Positions 10,027 to 19,800 of a DNA stretch of 64,000 nucleotides are shown here, piece after piece. Every line of letters begins with the position of its first letter. Position 1 is the first letter of the stretch. Position numbers and translations under genes: made by a program. The notes under the pieces were generated by a model. That model was given only the letters and a program-made list of their open reading frames with translations. It had not been told where the DNA came from and searched no databases. The DNA is from an uncultured delta proteobacterium. Its GTDB lineage: Bacteria; Bdellovibrionota; FAC87; UBA2466. Location of the stretch: NCBI GenBank assembly GCA_963778115.1, contig CAVZSV010000004.1, positions 2,592,001 to 2,656,000 on the forward strand, written 5' to 3'.

Positions 10027-10295
10027 TAGCCAACACCTCAAGATTTAATCTGGCCGATACTCCGTTTTGATGACGAGTCCGTCAAGGTAGGGCGATAGTT
10101 AAATCTGAATTCTGACTAAATCCTAATGAGAGTCGGATCGACGTGACGCAGCACGGCAACCCCAGAACGAATAGTCGTTAACGAATCTGCCATTTAACAA
10201 CGTCCGCCTTTACCAAGATTGGATTCTGGCGGAAAATAAGAGTTCACCTATTTCCTAATATTCCTCTCAAATTTCGGCCTGGCGGAGGTTCCCTC

Positions 10296-12017
10296 GTGTT
10301 GGTCAACCCTAGATATCTTCGCGTTTTAGCGCTCTTTTTTTTGGTATCTCTGTTGGTTGCGGACTGCAGTAGCAGCTCGTCGTCTTCGAGTACGCCGGGT
10401 GGAGGAGGGCCCACCTATACCTGCAATACGATTACCGGAACCGCTTGGGTGCCCTCGGTGCCCGGGACGGGAAATGCGAATCACACTCCCAGCAACATCA
10501 CAGTCGCCACTACCACCATGACCGCCAGTGCGCCTATTATTGGGTTGGCCCAAGCGGCACCCGCTGGGGTGGAAACATCCTTTGCCATACCGATGTCTAC
10601 CGGTCTTGGACCCTATGGCTCTCTAATGTTAACCGCCCAAGTTTCAGGCTTTCCTGGCGGGCTTCAAGGTGGTGCTTTCCCCCTTCTGGTCTCGCTAAAC
10701 GATGGAACGAACGAATATATCAATTTAGCTCGAACCGGAGCATCGGGAGATTGTTGGAATGCCGGATACTATACTTGTAGTGACGCTGGATGTATCCCTA
10801 GCACGGGATGTGTCATTAATTCCCCGAGCGCTTATGTAGATAGAACTCACTGGGAGCAACATCAACTTACGAATGCTACTGCGACCAATACCCCTAGTAC
10901 CAATCTCTTTCCCACCTGTAATTGGACGAACGGAGCGGGAACCGTAATAAATCCGACGTGCGCCTTTAATACGACCTTCTTCCCTTCGGCCACAACCCAG
11001 CTTCGATCGGGAGTGAGTTATACGGCGAAATATGTCTTAGTCAGTGATTCCTACTCGTCTGTTCCGGCGGGCTATTCCGCCACGATTACCGTGAACATTA
11101 CGAAAAAAACTACCGTCACCAGCAGTCAGGGAGGCGCCTTCGATTTGAATATCATTTTGGTGGGCGATCAAACGGTCAGTGACTCTCGAACCGCAAAGGG
11201 ATCTCAGAATTTAAATTCCCTCGTTAATGATGTTGCTACGATTTACGGAGCGACGTCACCGGGGCCAAATCTTAAAATTGGTAATATCAATGCCATCGAG
11301 TGGTCCTGTAATCAAGGGGGAGAGCCCTACGCTACGGTTGATATTAGCCAGTTAGGGGCCATGTTCGGCAGCTCCTCAACACTGGTCCCCGTGGGCGAAC
11401 AAGGAAAGTCACTGAACGTTTTTTTAGTCAGTGGAATTACGGATAATTCCGGGGGAACGGCGGGGTTTACCATCTTAGGATATGACGGGGCCATCGGAGG
11501 CCCCTTGTTAGCGGGTACGGCGGTGAGTGGGGTTACGGCCTCCACATTCGACAGTCTGGCCACCTATAATCCCAATTGTCCGGCGGGATCGGCCCCGTGT
11601 CCCACTGTCGACGAGGAGAGCGCATTTCGTGAATTTAGCACTGTCATTGCTCACGAATTAGGGCACTATTTTAGTTTGAACCATCCGTCGGAGTATCCCG
11701 GAACTCAGCACGACATCATTCCCGATACGAACACTTGCACGGCGACTCAGGATATCGGGGGAACTCTTCAACTTACTATTCAAGCTTGCCAAACCGATAC
11801 GACCGACGATCAAGACCCGACTAGTGTCAGCTGCCATTCCCAATGTCCTGTTTATAACGCCAATAACGGAACCTTTTGTCCGACGGTGCAAGCCTGTCAG
11901 TTTAATGATGTGATGTGGTGGACCGTGAAAAATTACTACGATGGAGGCGGGAGCGACGGAAATATGTTTAGTCCCGATTCTAGCATCCTCATGAATTACA
12001 ACCCCGTCGTTCAATAA
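10296..12017 (+). CDS. Secreted Cys-rich metzincin zinc metalloprotease (M43/pappalysin-like), probable lipoprotein
   Basis: HELGHYFSLNH (HExxHxxxxxH), downstream Met-turn candidate NDVM, VAD-C followed by a Ser linker. Confidence 0.75.
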   Translation: MLVNPRYLRVLALFFLVSLLVADCSSSSSSSSTPGGGGPTYTCNTITGTAWVPSVPGTGNANHTPSNITVATTTMTASAPIIGLAQAAPAGVETSFAIPMSTGLGPYGSLMLTAQVSGFPGGLQGGAFPLLVSLNDGTNEYINLARTGASGDCWNAGYYTCSDAGCIPSTGCVINSPSAYVDRTHWEQHQLTNATATNTPSTNLFPTCNWTNGAGTVINPTCAFNTTFFPSATTQLRSGVSYTAKYVLVSDSYSSVPAGYSATITVNITKKTTVTSSQGGAFDLNIILVGDQTVSDSRTAKGSQNLNSLVNDVATIYGATSPGPNLKIGNINAIEWSCNQGGEPYATVDISQLGAMFGSSSTLVPVGEQGKSLNVFLVSGITDNSGGTAGFTILGYDGAIGGPLLAGTAVSGVTASTFDSLATYNPNCPAGSAPCPTVDEESAFREFSTVIAHELGHYFSLNHPSEYPGTQHDIIPDTNTCTATQDIGGTLQLTIQACQTDTTDDQDPTSVSCHSQCPVYNANNGTFCPTVQACQFNDVMWWTVKNYYDGGGSDGNMFSPDSSILMNYNPVVQ

Positions 12018-12031
12018 GGAAGGTCTTTTCG

Positions 12032-12601
12032 ATGACAAAAACGAGAATGGTCACCGTTGTCGTCCTCTCTCTTTATGCGGTATTGGGTTTTGCGGGTAGT
12101 ACTACGGCTCCCCCCGTTTCGGATGAAGTAAAGACTGCGATTTATGCCGAAGGCAAACCCGTCGATGCGAGCTGGCTAAAGAGCCGGAGTACTAACGCTG
12201 ATAGTTTAATAGCCCTCTATCAAAACGAATCTCATATTCGACACCGCTTGCGACTGATCCAGACTTTGGGTAATTTCTCAGACATTCGTACGGTGAATTT
12301 TTTGAAGGAACGGATTTCGCCTACCGAAAATAAGATCGTCCGCATGAATGCTATTCGAGCCTTAGCAAATTCTCTCAATGTCCAAAGTGTTCCTGTCTTA
12401 CAAACACTACTTGGTGACACGAATCCACACATTCGGGTGCAGACTGCCGAAACGCTGCTAGATCTCAATACCCCTGAAGCAAACGCATCCGTGCAGAATT
12501 TTCTATCCTCTGAGAAGGTGGACTGGGTGAGCGCCAAAGTAAGAAAACACTTGGCTGACAAGCAGCCTCTACCGCCTGGCATCGTTCATATCATACGTTA
12601 G
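12032..12601 (+). CDS. Secreted HEAT-repeat protein
   Basis: Signal peptide; VRMNAIRALA and LLGDTNPHIRVQTAETL HEAT-like repeats. Confidence 0.75.
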   Translation: MTKTRMVTVVVLSLYAVLGFAGSTTAPPVSDEVKTAIYAEGKPVDASWLKSRSTNADSLIALYQNESHIRHRLRLIQTLGNFSDIRTVNFLKERISPTENKIVRMNAIRALANSLNVQSVPVLQTLLGDTNPHIRVQTAETLLDLNTPEANASVQNFLSSEKVDWVSAKVRKHLADKQPLPPGIVHIIR

Positions 12602-12606
12602 AAAGA

Positions 12607-12640
12607 GAAAAAGTCCGCCTCCCGGGCCGAGAGGCGGACT
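12607..12640. terminator. Terminator between convergent genes
   Basis: AGTCCGCCTC...GAGGCGGACT stem, T-rich tail on the minus strand. Confidence 0.65.
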
Positions 12641-12684
12641 GTTGTTAGGGTTTTAGGGTAGACACGTAAGAGTAACCTGTCTAA

Positions 12685-13224
12685 TTAGGCACCCGTCGAA
12701 GACGACGTAGTACCTGCGGACGGAAAGAGCGTATTTAAGAAGTTCTGCACGACAGGCAGAATTCCCATGATGACGTTAATGATCGCCGCGGAGGCGGGAT
12801 CTAACGTTTCGATCACGGGTGCAATCGCGTCAAAGACCGAAATCAACTCATCCACGATTCCCACCAAGCCACTGCCTGTGCTGGCGCCAGCAAGGATGCT
12901 AGAGACGCCACTGAGTTCTTTCGCGGTTCCCCCACCTGCGGCAAGTTGGAGAATGCCTCTTAAGACCTCTTGATGCGCGGGACTGGTCAATATAGCGGCC
13001 TGAGATGCCGAGACGCCACTGGTGTTGGCCAAGTTATTGAGAACCGTCGTTAGGTTATTCAAGTTAACGGTCTTTGCGGCATTCATCGCAGTCGGATTTT
13101 GCGCAGTAAGAGCGTTAAGAAGGTTGGTTAGAGCGGAAAGGCTCAATCCACCGCTTGAACCGCAACCGGTTACCAGCGAAATGACAAGCATAGGGACAAC
13201 GAACATTTTGGTTATGAATTTCAT
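12685..13224 (-). CDS. Hypothetical lipoprotein
   Basis: GAGGAG RBS before ATG 13224 (MKFITK...), lipobox VTG-C. Confidence 0.75.
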   Translation of the reverse strand: MKFITKMFVVPMLVISLVTGCGSSGGLSLSALTNLLNALTAQNPTAMNAAKTVNLNNLTTVLNNLANTSGVSASQAAILTSPAHQEVLRGILQLAAGGGTAKELSGVSSILAGASTGSGLVGIVDELISVFDAIAPVIETLDPASAAIINVIMGILPVVQNFLNTLFPSAGTTSSSTGA

Positions 13225-13455
13225 TCTTCGGCTCCTCGTAAACAGGAATTTGGTTAATAGCAATTTAGGAACAACCATCTGAACGGGGAAGCAACGTGCC
13301 GAAAACAACGTCTGGTAGGTTCCATTCTGGAGTGCAGTCGTGTTGGGGAAATGAAGAAAATATATAAATTTACATAGGGTTTGAAACGATAGCTAAATTG
13401 TCGAATTTTAGAACACCTAGACAGTGTTCTCCAGCCTAGTCCATTCGGATCCTTC

Positions 13456-13470
13456 TGGCACATGCGATGC
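13456..13470 (+). promoter_or_regulatory. Putative sigma54 promoter
   Basis: TGGCACATGCGATGC(A); TGT-N11-ACA at 13399. Confidence 0.6.
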
Positions 13471-13507
13471 AAAGTAGTTAGCAAAATGGCATTCCATGGA
13501 GGTCCCA

Positions 13508-13789
13508 ATGCAGAATAAAGACACAAATAAGAGCGAGCACAAAGGCCACGATCCGCTATTACTAGTATGGGGTATCGCCTACTTCTACTTTGCAGTGCGA
13601 AAGCTTTTCGCCCTTCGAACGTCCCTACAAAATAAAGAGCACTGGGACAACGAATTTACCGGTAGTTTTCCACGCGGGAGCGGAGCGTTGAGCGCGGTTA
13701 CGGGAGGCTCTCCTGAAGATATCAATGAGATGCCTGCAACAGAGAATCCTAATGAGGAAGGTCCCGTGTACGACGGCTCCGATCTGTAA
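13508..13789 (+). CDS. Small single-TM hypothetical protein with acidic tail
   Basis: GGAGG RBS, one hydrophobic segment. Confidence 0.6.
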   Translation: MQNKDTNKSEHKGHDPLLLVWGIAYFYFAVRKLFALRTSLQNKEHWDNEFTGSFPRGSGALSAVTGGSPEDINEMPATENPNEEGPVYDGSDL

Positions 13790-13802
13790 TTCTCTATTTA
13801 TA

Positions 13803-13817
13803 TGGCACAGTAACTGC
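13803..13817 (+). promoter_or_regulatory. Putative sigma54 promoter
   Basis: TGGCACAGTAACTGC(A). Confidence 0.6.
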
Positions 13818-13868
13818 ACTCGTTTTTTTCAACTGTTTCAAACGTTCACTTATAGAGGAGATACTTTT

Positions 13869-15305
13869 ATGAAGTCGTTACTAATCGGGTTCTCTGTTGC
13901 AATGGGAATCATCTTTTTGCCACTGTTCGCTGCGAGTTGTTCTAGTCAGCGGTATGTAAGCGATGTTGCGGCTCATCCGTCTCCTTCGGACAATCCCTCG
14001 GAAAGAATTGCGGCTTTAGATCGTAAAATTGAAGAGGCACGGCAAGCCAAAGTGGATGTCCTGGCCCCCACTTGGTTTTCAAGTGCTGAAGATTCCCTCA
14101 AGAAAGCCAAGCAGCTTCGAGACAAAGGAGGCGACTTCACAGAACTCTTTACCAGTCTTGCGCAAGGGGAGGCTCAACTTGAACGAGCTAATACCTTCGC
14201 CCAGAGTTCCACGAAATTGCTTCCGGATGTGCTAGAGGCCCGCAGTCAGGCGATGGCTGCCAAGGAGCAGGCGGTTCAGGCGGGTGCTACGAATTTAGAA
14301 GATATCCGAAGCGATTGGAATCATGCGAACAAGGAATTTTTAACCCTCACCGAAGCGGTTGAAGACAATGACATGGTAGTCATCAGTAACGATAAACAAA
14401 ACGTCATCAACGATTTCCGAAAAGTGGTGGTGCGCTCGGTTAAAAAAGAGAAGTTGGGAACCGCAAAAAGGATCCTCGAACAAGCTGAAAAGGAAGGGGC
14501 ATCAAGCTACGCGCCTAAGTCTCTCGGCTTTGCGAAGGAATATATAAGTGCAGCCGAGAAATACATTAGTAACAACCCCTTCGAGGAAAAGAATATCGAC
14601 AAAATGAGTGACGAAGCGGTGTTCTACGCGCGAAGGGCGTTACAAGTTGCCGAGCAAAGCAAGGATTTCGCCAACAAGAAACCAGAAGACTCGGTACTTT
14701 GGTTCGAAGAGAATCTGACTGCGCTAGGCAATGATATGGGCGCTCCGGATGAACGAGATCAGAGCTTGGATCGGCAGCTTGCTGACCTTAAAGATCTCGG
14801 GAGTAAGTTAAAGAGCGGAGATTCACAAGCGCAGCAACTCAAACAAGAGAATGCTAGCCTTAGCAGCCAGGAGATGAAGAATCGCAAGTTCTCCGCTGTG
14901 TCTAAAATGTTTAAGACCAAAGAAGCGGAGGTTCTTCGCCAGGGAGACAAACTGGTCATCCGTTTGAAGGGCTTAAAGTATCCCGTTGGCCAAGCTCGCC
15001 TGGGTTCGGATAATTTCCCGGTGCTTGCCAAAGTAAAGTCGGTGCTTGCTGATTTCCCTAATGCCAATATCACGATCGAGGGAAATACCGATTCTACGGG
15101 AGATGCTAGCGTTAACGAAAAGCTCTCTAAGGAACGTGCCGAAGCGGTTAAAAACTATCTAGTTTCCAATGGCATTTCCGAAGACGCCCTAACGGTGGTG
15201 GGCGAAGGGTTCAATAAACCTATCGCTTCGAATAAAACGAAAGCCGGACGAGCGGCCAACCGTCGTATTGATGTCATTATTGAAACCAAGACTCTGGCCG
15301 AATAA
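13869..15305 (+). CDS. OmpA-family lipoprotein with long helical N-terminal region
   Basis: AGAGGAG RBS, AAS-C lipobox, C-terminal IEGNTDSTG...LSKERAEAVKNYL...NRRID. Confidence 0.9.
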   Translation: MKSLLIGFSVAMGIIFLPLFAASCSSQRYVSDVAAHPSPSDNPSERIAALDRKIEEARQAKVDVLAPTWFSSAEDSLKKAKQLRDKGGDFTELFTSLAQGEAQLERANTFAQSSTKLLPDVLEARSQAMAAKEQAVQAGATNLEDIRSDWNHANKEFLTLTEAVEDNDMVVISNDKQNVINDFRKVVVRSVKKEKLGTAKRILEQAEKEGASSYAPKSLGFAKEYISAAEKYISNNPFEEKNIDKMSDEAVFYARRALQVAEQSKDFANKKPEDSVLWFEENLTALGNDMGAPDERDQSLDRQLADLKDLGSKLKSGDSQAQQLKQENASLSSQEMKNRKFSAVSKMFKTKEAEVLRQGDKLVIRLKGLKYPVGQARLGSDNFPVLAKVKSVLADFPNANITIEGNTDSTGDASVNEKLSKERAEAVKNYLVSNGISEDALTVVGEGFNKPIASNKTKAGRAANRRIDVIIETKTLAE

Positions 15306-15306
15306 G

Positions 15307-15352
15307 AAAAAGGCGGGGAGCGTAGTGGCCGCTACGCTCCCCGCCTTTTTTT
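15307..15352. terminator. Bidirectional rho-independent terminator
   Basis: AAAAAGGCGGGGAGCGTAG-N6-CTACGCTCCCCGCCTTTTTTT. Confidence 0.85.
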
Positions 15353-15356
15353 CTTT

Positions 15357-16352
15357 TTAAAGTCTCCCTAATACCCACACTCCGACAGCAACCAAAGCAC
15401 AAATTCCAACTGCCATTCGGTGCGTCGTAAACCAAAGCTGATAGCTCTTAGCGGTAGCGCGCAGATCGAATCTGCCGTGAGCACTCCAATTTCCGGGAAC
15501 GGGTTCCCATAAATTGTCAGGTCGATTCGGAAGCGCAAGGGTTAACGTCTGTTGGTTATTAAATCCTACTTTTGCTAGATACTTGTCGCCGATTCCAGGA
15601 AAAAACTTATTAAGTTCCATTACCGCTAGCGTTGAGCCGCCCACATAAAGCTCTCTGCGATAATGGTGGGCCAGCCAATAGATCCCCTCTGCGATCACTT
15701 CAGGCTGATAGATAGGAGGGACGGGCTGAGGACGGTAGGGTAATTTGCATCTAACCCAGTCAAACTGAGGGGTATTTACGGCGGGTAATTGGATCATGCT
15801 GATCTTCACCCGGCTTTTGTCGTGCATCAACTCCGTCCTGACAGAATCGGTAAATCCTTCGATTGCGTGTTTGGCGCCGCAGTAAGCCGATTGCAGAGGA
15901 ATGGAGCGACGTGCGAGAGCTGAACCAACTTGAACGACCGTTCCTCGATTCCTTAGCCGCATGCGCTTGAGTGCACACATGGTTCCAAATACAGTCCCTA
16001 GATACGTGACCTGTGTTACTCTTTCAAATTCTTCTGGCAGCATACGCTGGAATTGAGCGAAGACGGAAACCATCGCATTATTGATCCAGATATCGATAGG
16101 CCCCAACGTGTTCTCCACCATTTCGGTAGCGCGTTCCACTTCAGAAAAGTTTGCCACGTCCGTTGGGATCGCTATAGCGCGTCCCCCTAACTCCTCTACC
16201 TCTCTTTTGGTAGTTTCCAAACGATCGGGGTCACGTGCTAGCAAAGCAATACTCGCTCCACGCCTCGCAAAGGCCCGGGTGGTTGCTTTTCCTACTCCAG
16301 CGGTGGCTCCGGTAATGACAACGACTTCGGGCGTATTGCGAGACGAACTCAT
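15357..16352 (-). CDS. SDR family oxidoreductase
   Basis: TGATAGVG, INNA, YCGAK motifs. Confidence 0.93.
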   Translation of the reverse strand: MSSSRNTPEVVVITGATAGVGKATTRAFARRGASIALLARDPDRLETTKREVEELGGRAIAIPTDVANFSEVERATEMVENTLGPIDIWINNAMVSVFAQFQRMLPEEFERVTQVTYLGTVFGTMCALKRMRLRNRGTVVQVGSALARRSIPLQSAYCGAKHAIEGFTDSVRTELMHDKSRVKISMIQLPAVNTPQFDWVRCKLPYRPQPVPPIYQPEVIAEGIYWLAHHYRRELYVGGSTLAVMELNKFFPGIGDKYLAKVGFNNQQTLTLALPNRPDNLWEPVPGNWSAHGRFDLRATAKSYQLWFTTHRMAVGICALVAVGVWVLGRL

Positions 16353-16385
16353 GGGACAACTCTCCTATGAAGAGGGATAGCCGAC

Positions 16386-16793
16386 TTACTCAGCCAAAAC
16401 ATTAATCTGCTTCTCAGCATCGGTTATCTTGTCCGTGATCTTATCCCTCAGTTTGTTGCGCTTTTCGACGGATGAGGCAGTTCGCAAATCCCTAAGGTGT
16501 TCCCGAGCCTTATCCGTATCTTTGGAGGCATCGTGAACGGCCTTTTTGAGCTTTTGGAATCTGTCGTTGTCCGTCGTCAAAGTATCCATTTGTGCCCTAA
16601 GATCGATGAGTTTCTTCTCGATCGCCGTTATTCTTCCCTCAGAAAGGGAGACGTAATTGTTAACTTCGTCCTGAGTCGCTACCGCGTCAGGCGGATCCGT
16701 GGGGTAGGCGATTGCAAAAGCACCCGCAGGGAGGAAAGTTAAAGTAATGATGAGCATTAACGTTCTTTTCGTCTTTGGTGTGATCATAGGCAT
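16386..16793 (-). CDS. Secreted coiled-coil hypothetical protein
   Basis: Signal peptide (AFA), heptad-rich. Confidence 0.75.
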   Translation of the reverse strand: MPMITPKTKRTLMLIITLTFLPAGAFAIAYPTDPPDAVATQDEVNNYVSLSEGRITAIEKKLIDLRAQMDTLTTDNDRFQKLKKAVHDASKDTDKAREHLRDLRTASSVEKRNKLRDKITDKITDAEKQINVLAE

Positions 16794-16828
16794 TCCTTTC
16801 GTTTAACCAAGTTATGTCGTCTAAGTAA

Positions 16829-16843
16829 GCAAGGGAGGTGCCA
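16829..16843 (-). promoter_or_regulatory. Putative sigma54 promoter
   Basis: TGGCACCTCCCTTGC(T), consensus match. Confidence 0.75.
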
Positions 16844-16884
16844 AAGCGGTAGAGGTGGACTGTTAATTGCAAAGCCCAAAGAGC

Positions 16885-17970
16885 ATGAACTCATTAACCC
16901 TTGGCTCATTCGACGGAAAACGCGCTTCCCTGGTCACTTTCATCGCGCTACTGCTCATCTTTGGAGGTCTCAACTTACGGCTGGCGCTTCCTTATCTTTT
17001 GACACTTTTTATGGGAGCCATCTTAGCTAGCTTATTCCGGAATCGTTATTCCTGGCTGGTGGGTCGAAAGTTTCCCCCTTGGCTTGCGGCCCTGACTCTT
17101 ATTTTAATTCTCATCATTGGGGTGCTGGGGCCTTTGGTTTTGTTTGGCATTCTCGCTGTCAGCCAAGGCGTCGAATTCGGTAAAGAACTTAGCAGCCAAA
17201 ACGATATCTCTTTGGGAAGCCTCAACGAAATGTTGGTGAGTTTTCGCCCCTTGCGGCAACTGTTTGGAGATCCGGCTAGCGTACAACAAAAAATATCTTC
17301 TCTTCTGCAAGAATCCGGAAAAAAGATTGCCACCGGGGTTTTGGCTATAGCCGCCAACGTTCCTGGAATCGCGCTTCAAATCATTTTGGTCCTGGTAACT
17401 TGCTATTTCTTTTTGGTGGACGGCGAGAAATTCATGAACTGGTGGCGAGATAAAATTCCTTTGGAGGCAAATGTAAGGGCTCAACTCCTAGAAGCGTTTA
17501 GGGATGCCTCGTTTTCAACGATCTGGTCGGCGATGTCGGGGGCTTTGGTGCAAGCGGGTTTGTTGGTCATTGGGTTTCTCGTAACGGGAGTTCCCGCTGT
17601 GTTTGTTGCTGGTGGCGTAGCTTTCGTACTAGCGTGGTTGCCGATAGTGGGAAGCATTCCCGTGTGGTTGGCCGGAGTAGGTTATCTTATTGTGCAAAAA
17701 CATTACGGTTACCTCGCGATTCTTCTGGCGATCGGCGTGATAGCGGGAATTGCGGATAACGTCGTTCGGCCGTGGGTGTTAAAGGGCCGAAGTGACATGA
17801 ATTCTCTAGTGGGTTTAATCGCTATCTTCGGAGGGATCGAACTCTTTGGAATCTTCGGCGTCTTTTACGGGCCTATTCTGGTAGCGACGGCTTCGGCTCT
17901 ACTTGAAGTATGGCCCAGTGTAGCGCGTCGCTTTGGAATTGAGAACCCCGAACCTCTAGAAGTCTCTTAG
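16885..17970 (+). CDS. AI-2E family transporter
   Basis: Multi-TM; YFFLVDG, DNVVRPW, IFGGIELFGIFGVFYGP motifs. Confidence 0.9.
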   Translation: MNSLTLGSFDGKRASLVTFIALLLIFGGLNLRLALPYLLTLFMGAILASLFRNRYSWLVGRKFPPWLAALTLILILIIGVLGPLVLFGILAVSQGVEFGKELSSQNDISLGSLNEMLVSFRPLRQLFGDPASVQQKISSLLQESGKKIATGVLAIAANVPGIALQIILVLVTCYFFLVDGEKFMNWWRDKIPLEANVRAQLLEAFRDASFSTIWSAMSGALVQAGLLVIGFLVTGVPAVFVAGGVAFVLAWLPIVGSIPVWLAGVGYLIVQKHYGYLAILLAIGVIAGIADNVVRPWVLKGRSDMNSLVGLIAIFGGIELFGIFGVFYGPILVATASALLEVWPSVARRFGIENPEPLEVS

Positions 17971-17984
17971 TGAGGGCGCATAGC

Positions 17985-17999
17985 CGGCATGGGATTTGC
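17985..17999 (+). promoter_or_regulatory. Putative sigma54 promoter
   Basis: CGGCATGGGATTTGC(T). Confidence 0.6.
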
Positions 18000-18040
18000 T
18001 TTCTTTTAGCGCTAAACGGCTTGGCATCAAGGAGAGGTTT

Positions 18041-19789
18041 ATGACGGGCGCAGATGTTCTAGTGGAATCCTTACTACGATGGGGAGTAGATACTATCTTC
18101 GGATTGCCCGGAGACGGGATTAACGGAATCATGGAGTCGCTTAGGACCCACAGAGAAAAGATTAGATTCATCCAAGTTCGTCATGAAGAGTCCGCCGCTT
18201 TTATGGCGTGTGCGTACGCCAAATACACCAACAAGTTGGGAGTGTGTCTAGCCACTTCTGGCCCTGGAGGGATCCATCTTTTGAACGGGCTCTATGATGC
18301 CAAAATGGACGGGCAGCCGGTACTTGCGATCACCGGACTTCAATTTCATGATCTCATCAACACAATGACCCAGCAGGATGTGGAGTTGGACAAACTGTTT
18401 CAAGATGTGGCGGCCTATGACGTTCGCATCATGGGACCCAATCACGTGGAAAACGCGGTGGAGATGGCATGCCGGACTTCGCTTAGTTACAAGAAGGTGT
18501 CCCATATCTGCTTTCCTGTCGATATGCAGTCCATGAAAGTGGAAAAAAAAGCAGCTTCCCCACGAAATGTCGCTCACCACAATTCTTACGCATATGCGGC
18601 GAGCGCCCGTTTGCCTGACGACAAGTTGTTGGCCCAAGCCGCGGAAATTCTAAACGAAGGAAAGAAGGTCGCTATCTTGGTGGGAAGAGGCGCTTTACAT
18701 GCGACTTGCGAACTTCTTATCGTAGCCGAAAAATTAGGGGCCCCTATCATTAAGGCTTTACTCGGAAAAGGGGCAGTCCCGGATGACAGTCCCTATACGA
18801 CCGGAGGCATAGGTCTATTGGGAACACGGCCTTCGCAGGAGGCTCTGGAAGAATGCGACACTCTGCTCATGGTGGGAACCTCCTTTCCTTATATAGAGTT
18901 TTATCCGAAACCAGGACAAGCGCGCGCTGTTCAGATTGAGATGGATCCGGTTCGCATCGGTCTTCGTTATCCCATCGAAGTCGGGCTAGTCGGGGACTCT
19001 AAACAAACGCTTGCTGCTTTGAGTTCCTTGCTAACTCCAAAGAGCGACATTTCGTTCGTCCAAAAATCTTATGAGGGGATGAAACAGTGGTGGGGGCTCA
19101 TGGAAAAACAAGGGACCGCCCCAGCGATTCCCATGAAGCCGCAAGTGGTCGCTTGGGAATTGGGAAAGCGCTTAAACGATGATGCCATCGTCTCTTCGGA
19201 TTCGGGAACCATCACCACTTGGTGGGCTCGACATATTCGGGCGAGACGGGGACAGTTGTATTCTTGCTCTGGAAATTTGGCGTCGATGGCCTGTGGATTA
19301 CCCTATGCCATCGCGGCCCAACTCGCTTTTCCCGAACGGCAATCGGTGGCAGTGGTCGGTGACGGAGGACTCACGATGCTAATGGGCGATTTTGTAACGG
19401 CCGTAAAATATAAACTTCCCGTAAAGATTTTAGTTCTTAAGAATAACACCTTGGGACAGATCATGTGGGAGCAGATGGTATTTTTGGGAAACCCGGAATA
19501 CGGGTGCGAACTGAGTCCCATCGATTTTGCCACGTTTGCTCGCGCGTGCGGTGGCGATGGTTTTACTATCGAAGATCCCAAACAGTGTGGGGCTATCCTA
19601 GATGCCGCTTTGGCCTCCGATCGCCCCACCATCATTGAAGCGGTGGTCGATCCGTTTGAGGCGCCCATGCCGGCCAAGATTGAGCTAAAACAAGCGGCTC
19701 ATTTCGCCGAATCCCTGGCCAAAGGAACTCCCTATGGCGGGAAGATTGCCCTAACGGTAATGTCGGACAAAGTCCGTGAGATGACATAG
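18041..19789 (+). CDS. ThDP-dependent pyruvate oxidase/dehydrogenase (PoxB-like)
   Basis: FGLPGDG, VRHEESAAF, TSGPGGIHLLNGLYDA, GDGG...NN ThDP motif. Confidence 0.92.
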   Translation: MTGADVLVESLLRWGVDTIFGLPGDGINGIMESLRTHREKIRFIQVRHEESAAFMACAYAKYTNKLGVCLATSGPGGIHLLNGLYDAKMDGQPVLAITGLQFHDLINTMTQQDVELDKLFQDVAAYDVRIMGPNHVENAVEMACRTSLSYKKVSHICFPVDMQSMKVEKKAASPRNVAHHNSYAYAASARLPDDKLLAQAAEILNEGKKVAILVGRGALHATCELLIVAEKLGAPIIKALLGKGAVPDDSPYTTGGIGLLGTRPSQEALEECDTLLMVGTSFPYIEFYPKPGQARAVQIEMDPVRIGLRYPIEVGLVGDSKQTLAALSSLLTPKSDISFVQKSYEGMKQWWGLMEKQGTAPAIPMKPQVVAWELGKRLNDDAIVSSDSGTITTWWARHIRARRGQLYSCSGNLASMACGLPYAIAAQLAFPERQSVAVVGDGGLTMLMGDFVTAVKYKLPVKILVLKNNTLGQIMWEQMVFLGNPEYGCELSPIDFATFARACGGDGFTIEDPKQCGAILDAALASDRPTIIEAVVDPFEAPMPAKIELKQAAHFAESLAKGTPYGGKIALTVMSDKVREMT

Positions 19790-19800
19790 GAGCGGACAAC

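Noticed and set aside
13287..13301. sigma54 promoter CGGCACGTTGCTTCC for the 13224 lipoprotein
   Set aside because: -12 element reads CC rather than GC; too weak to list
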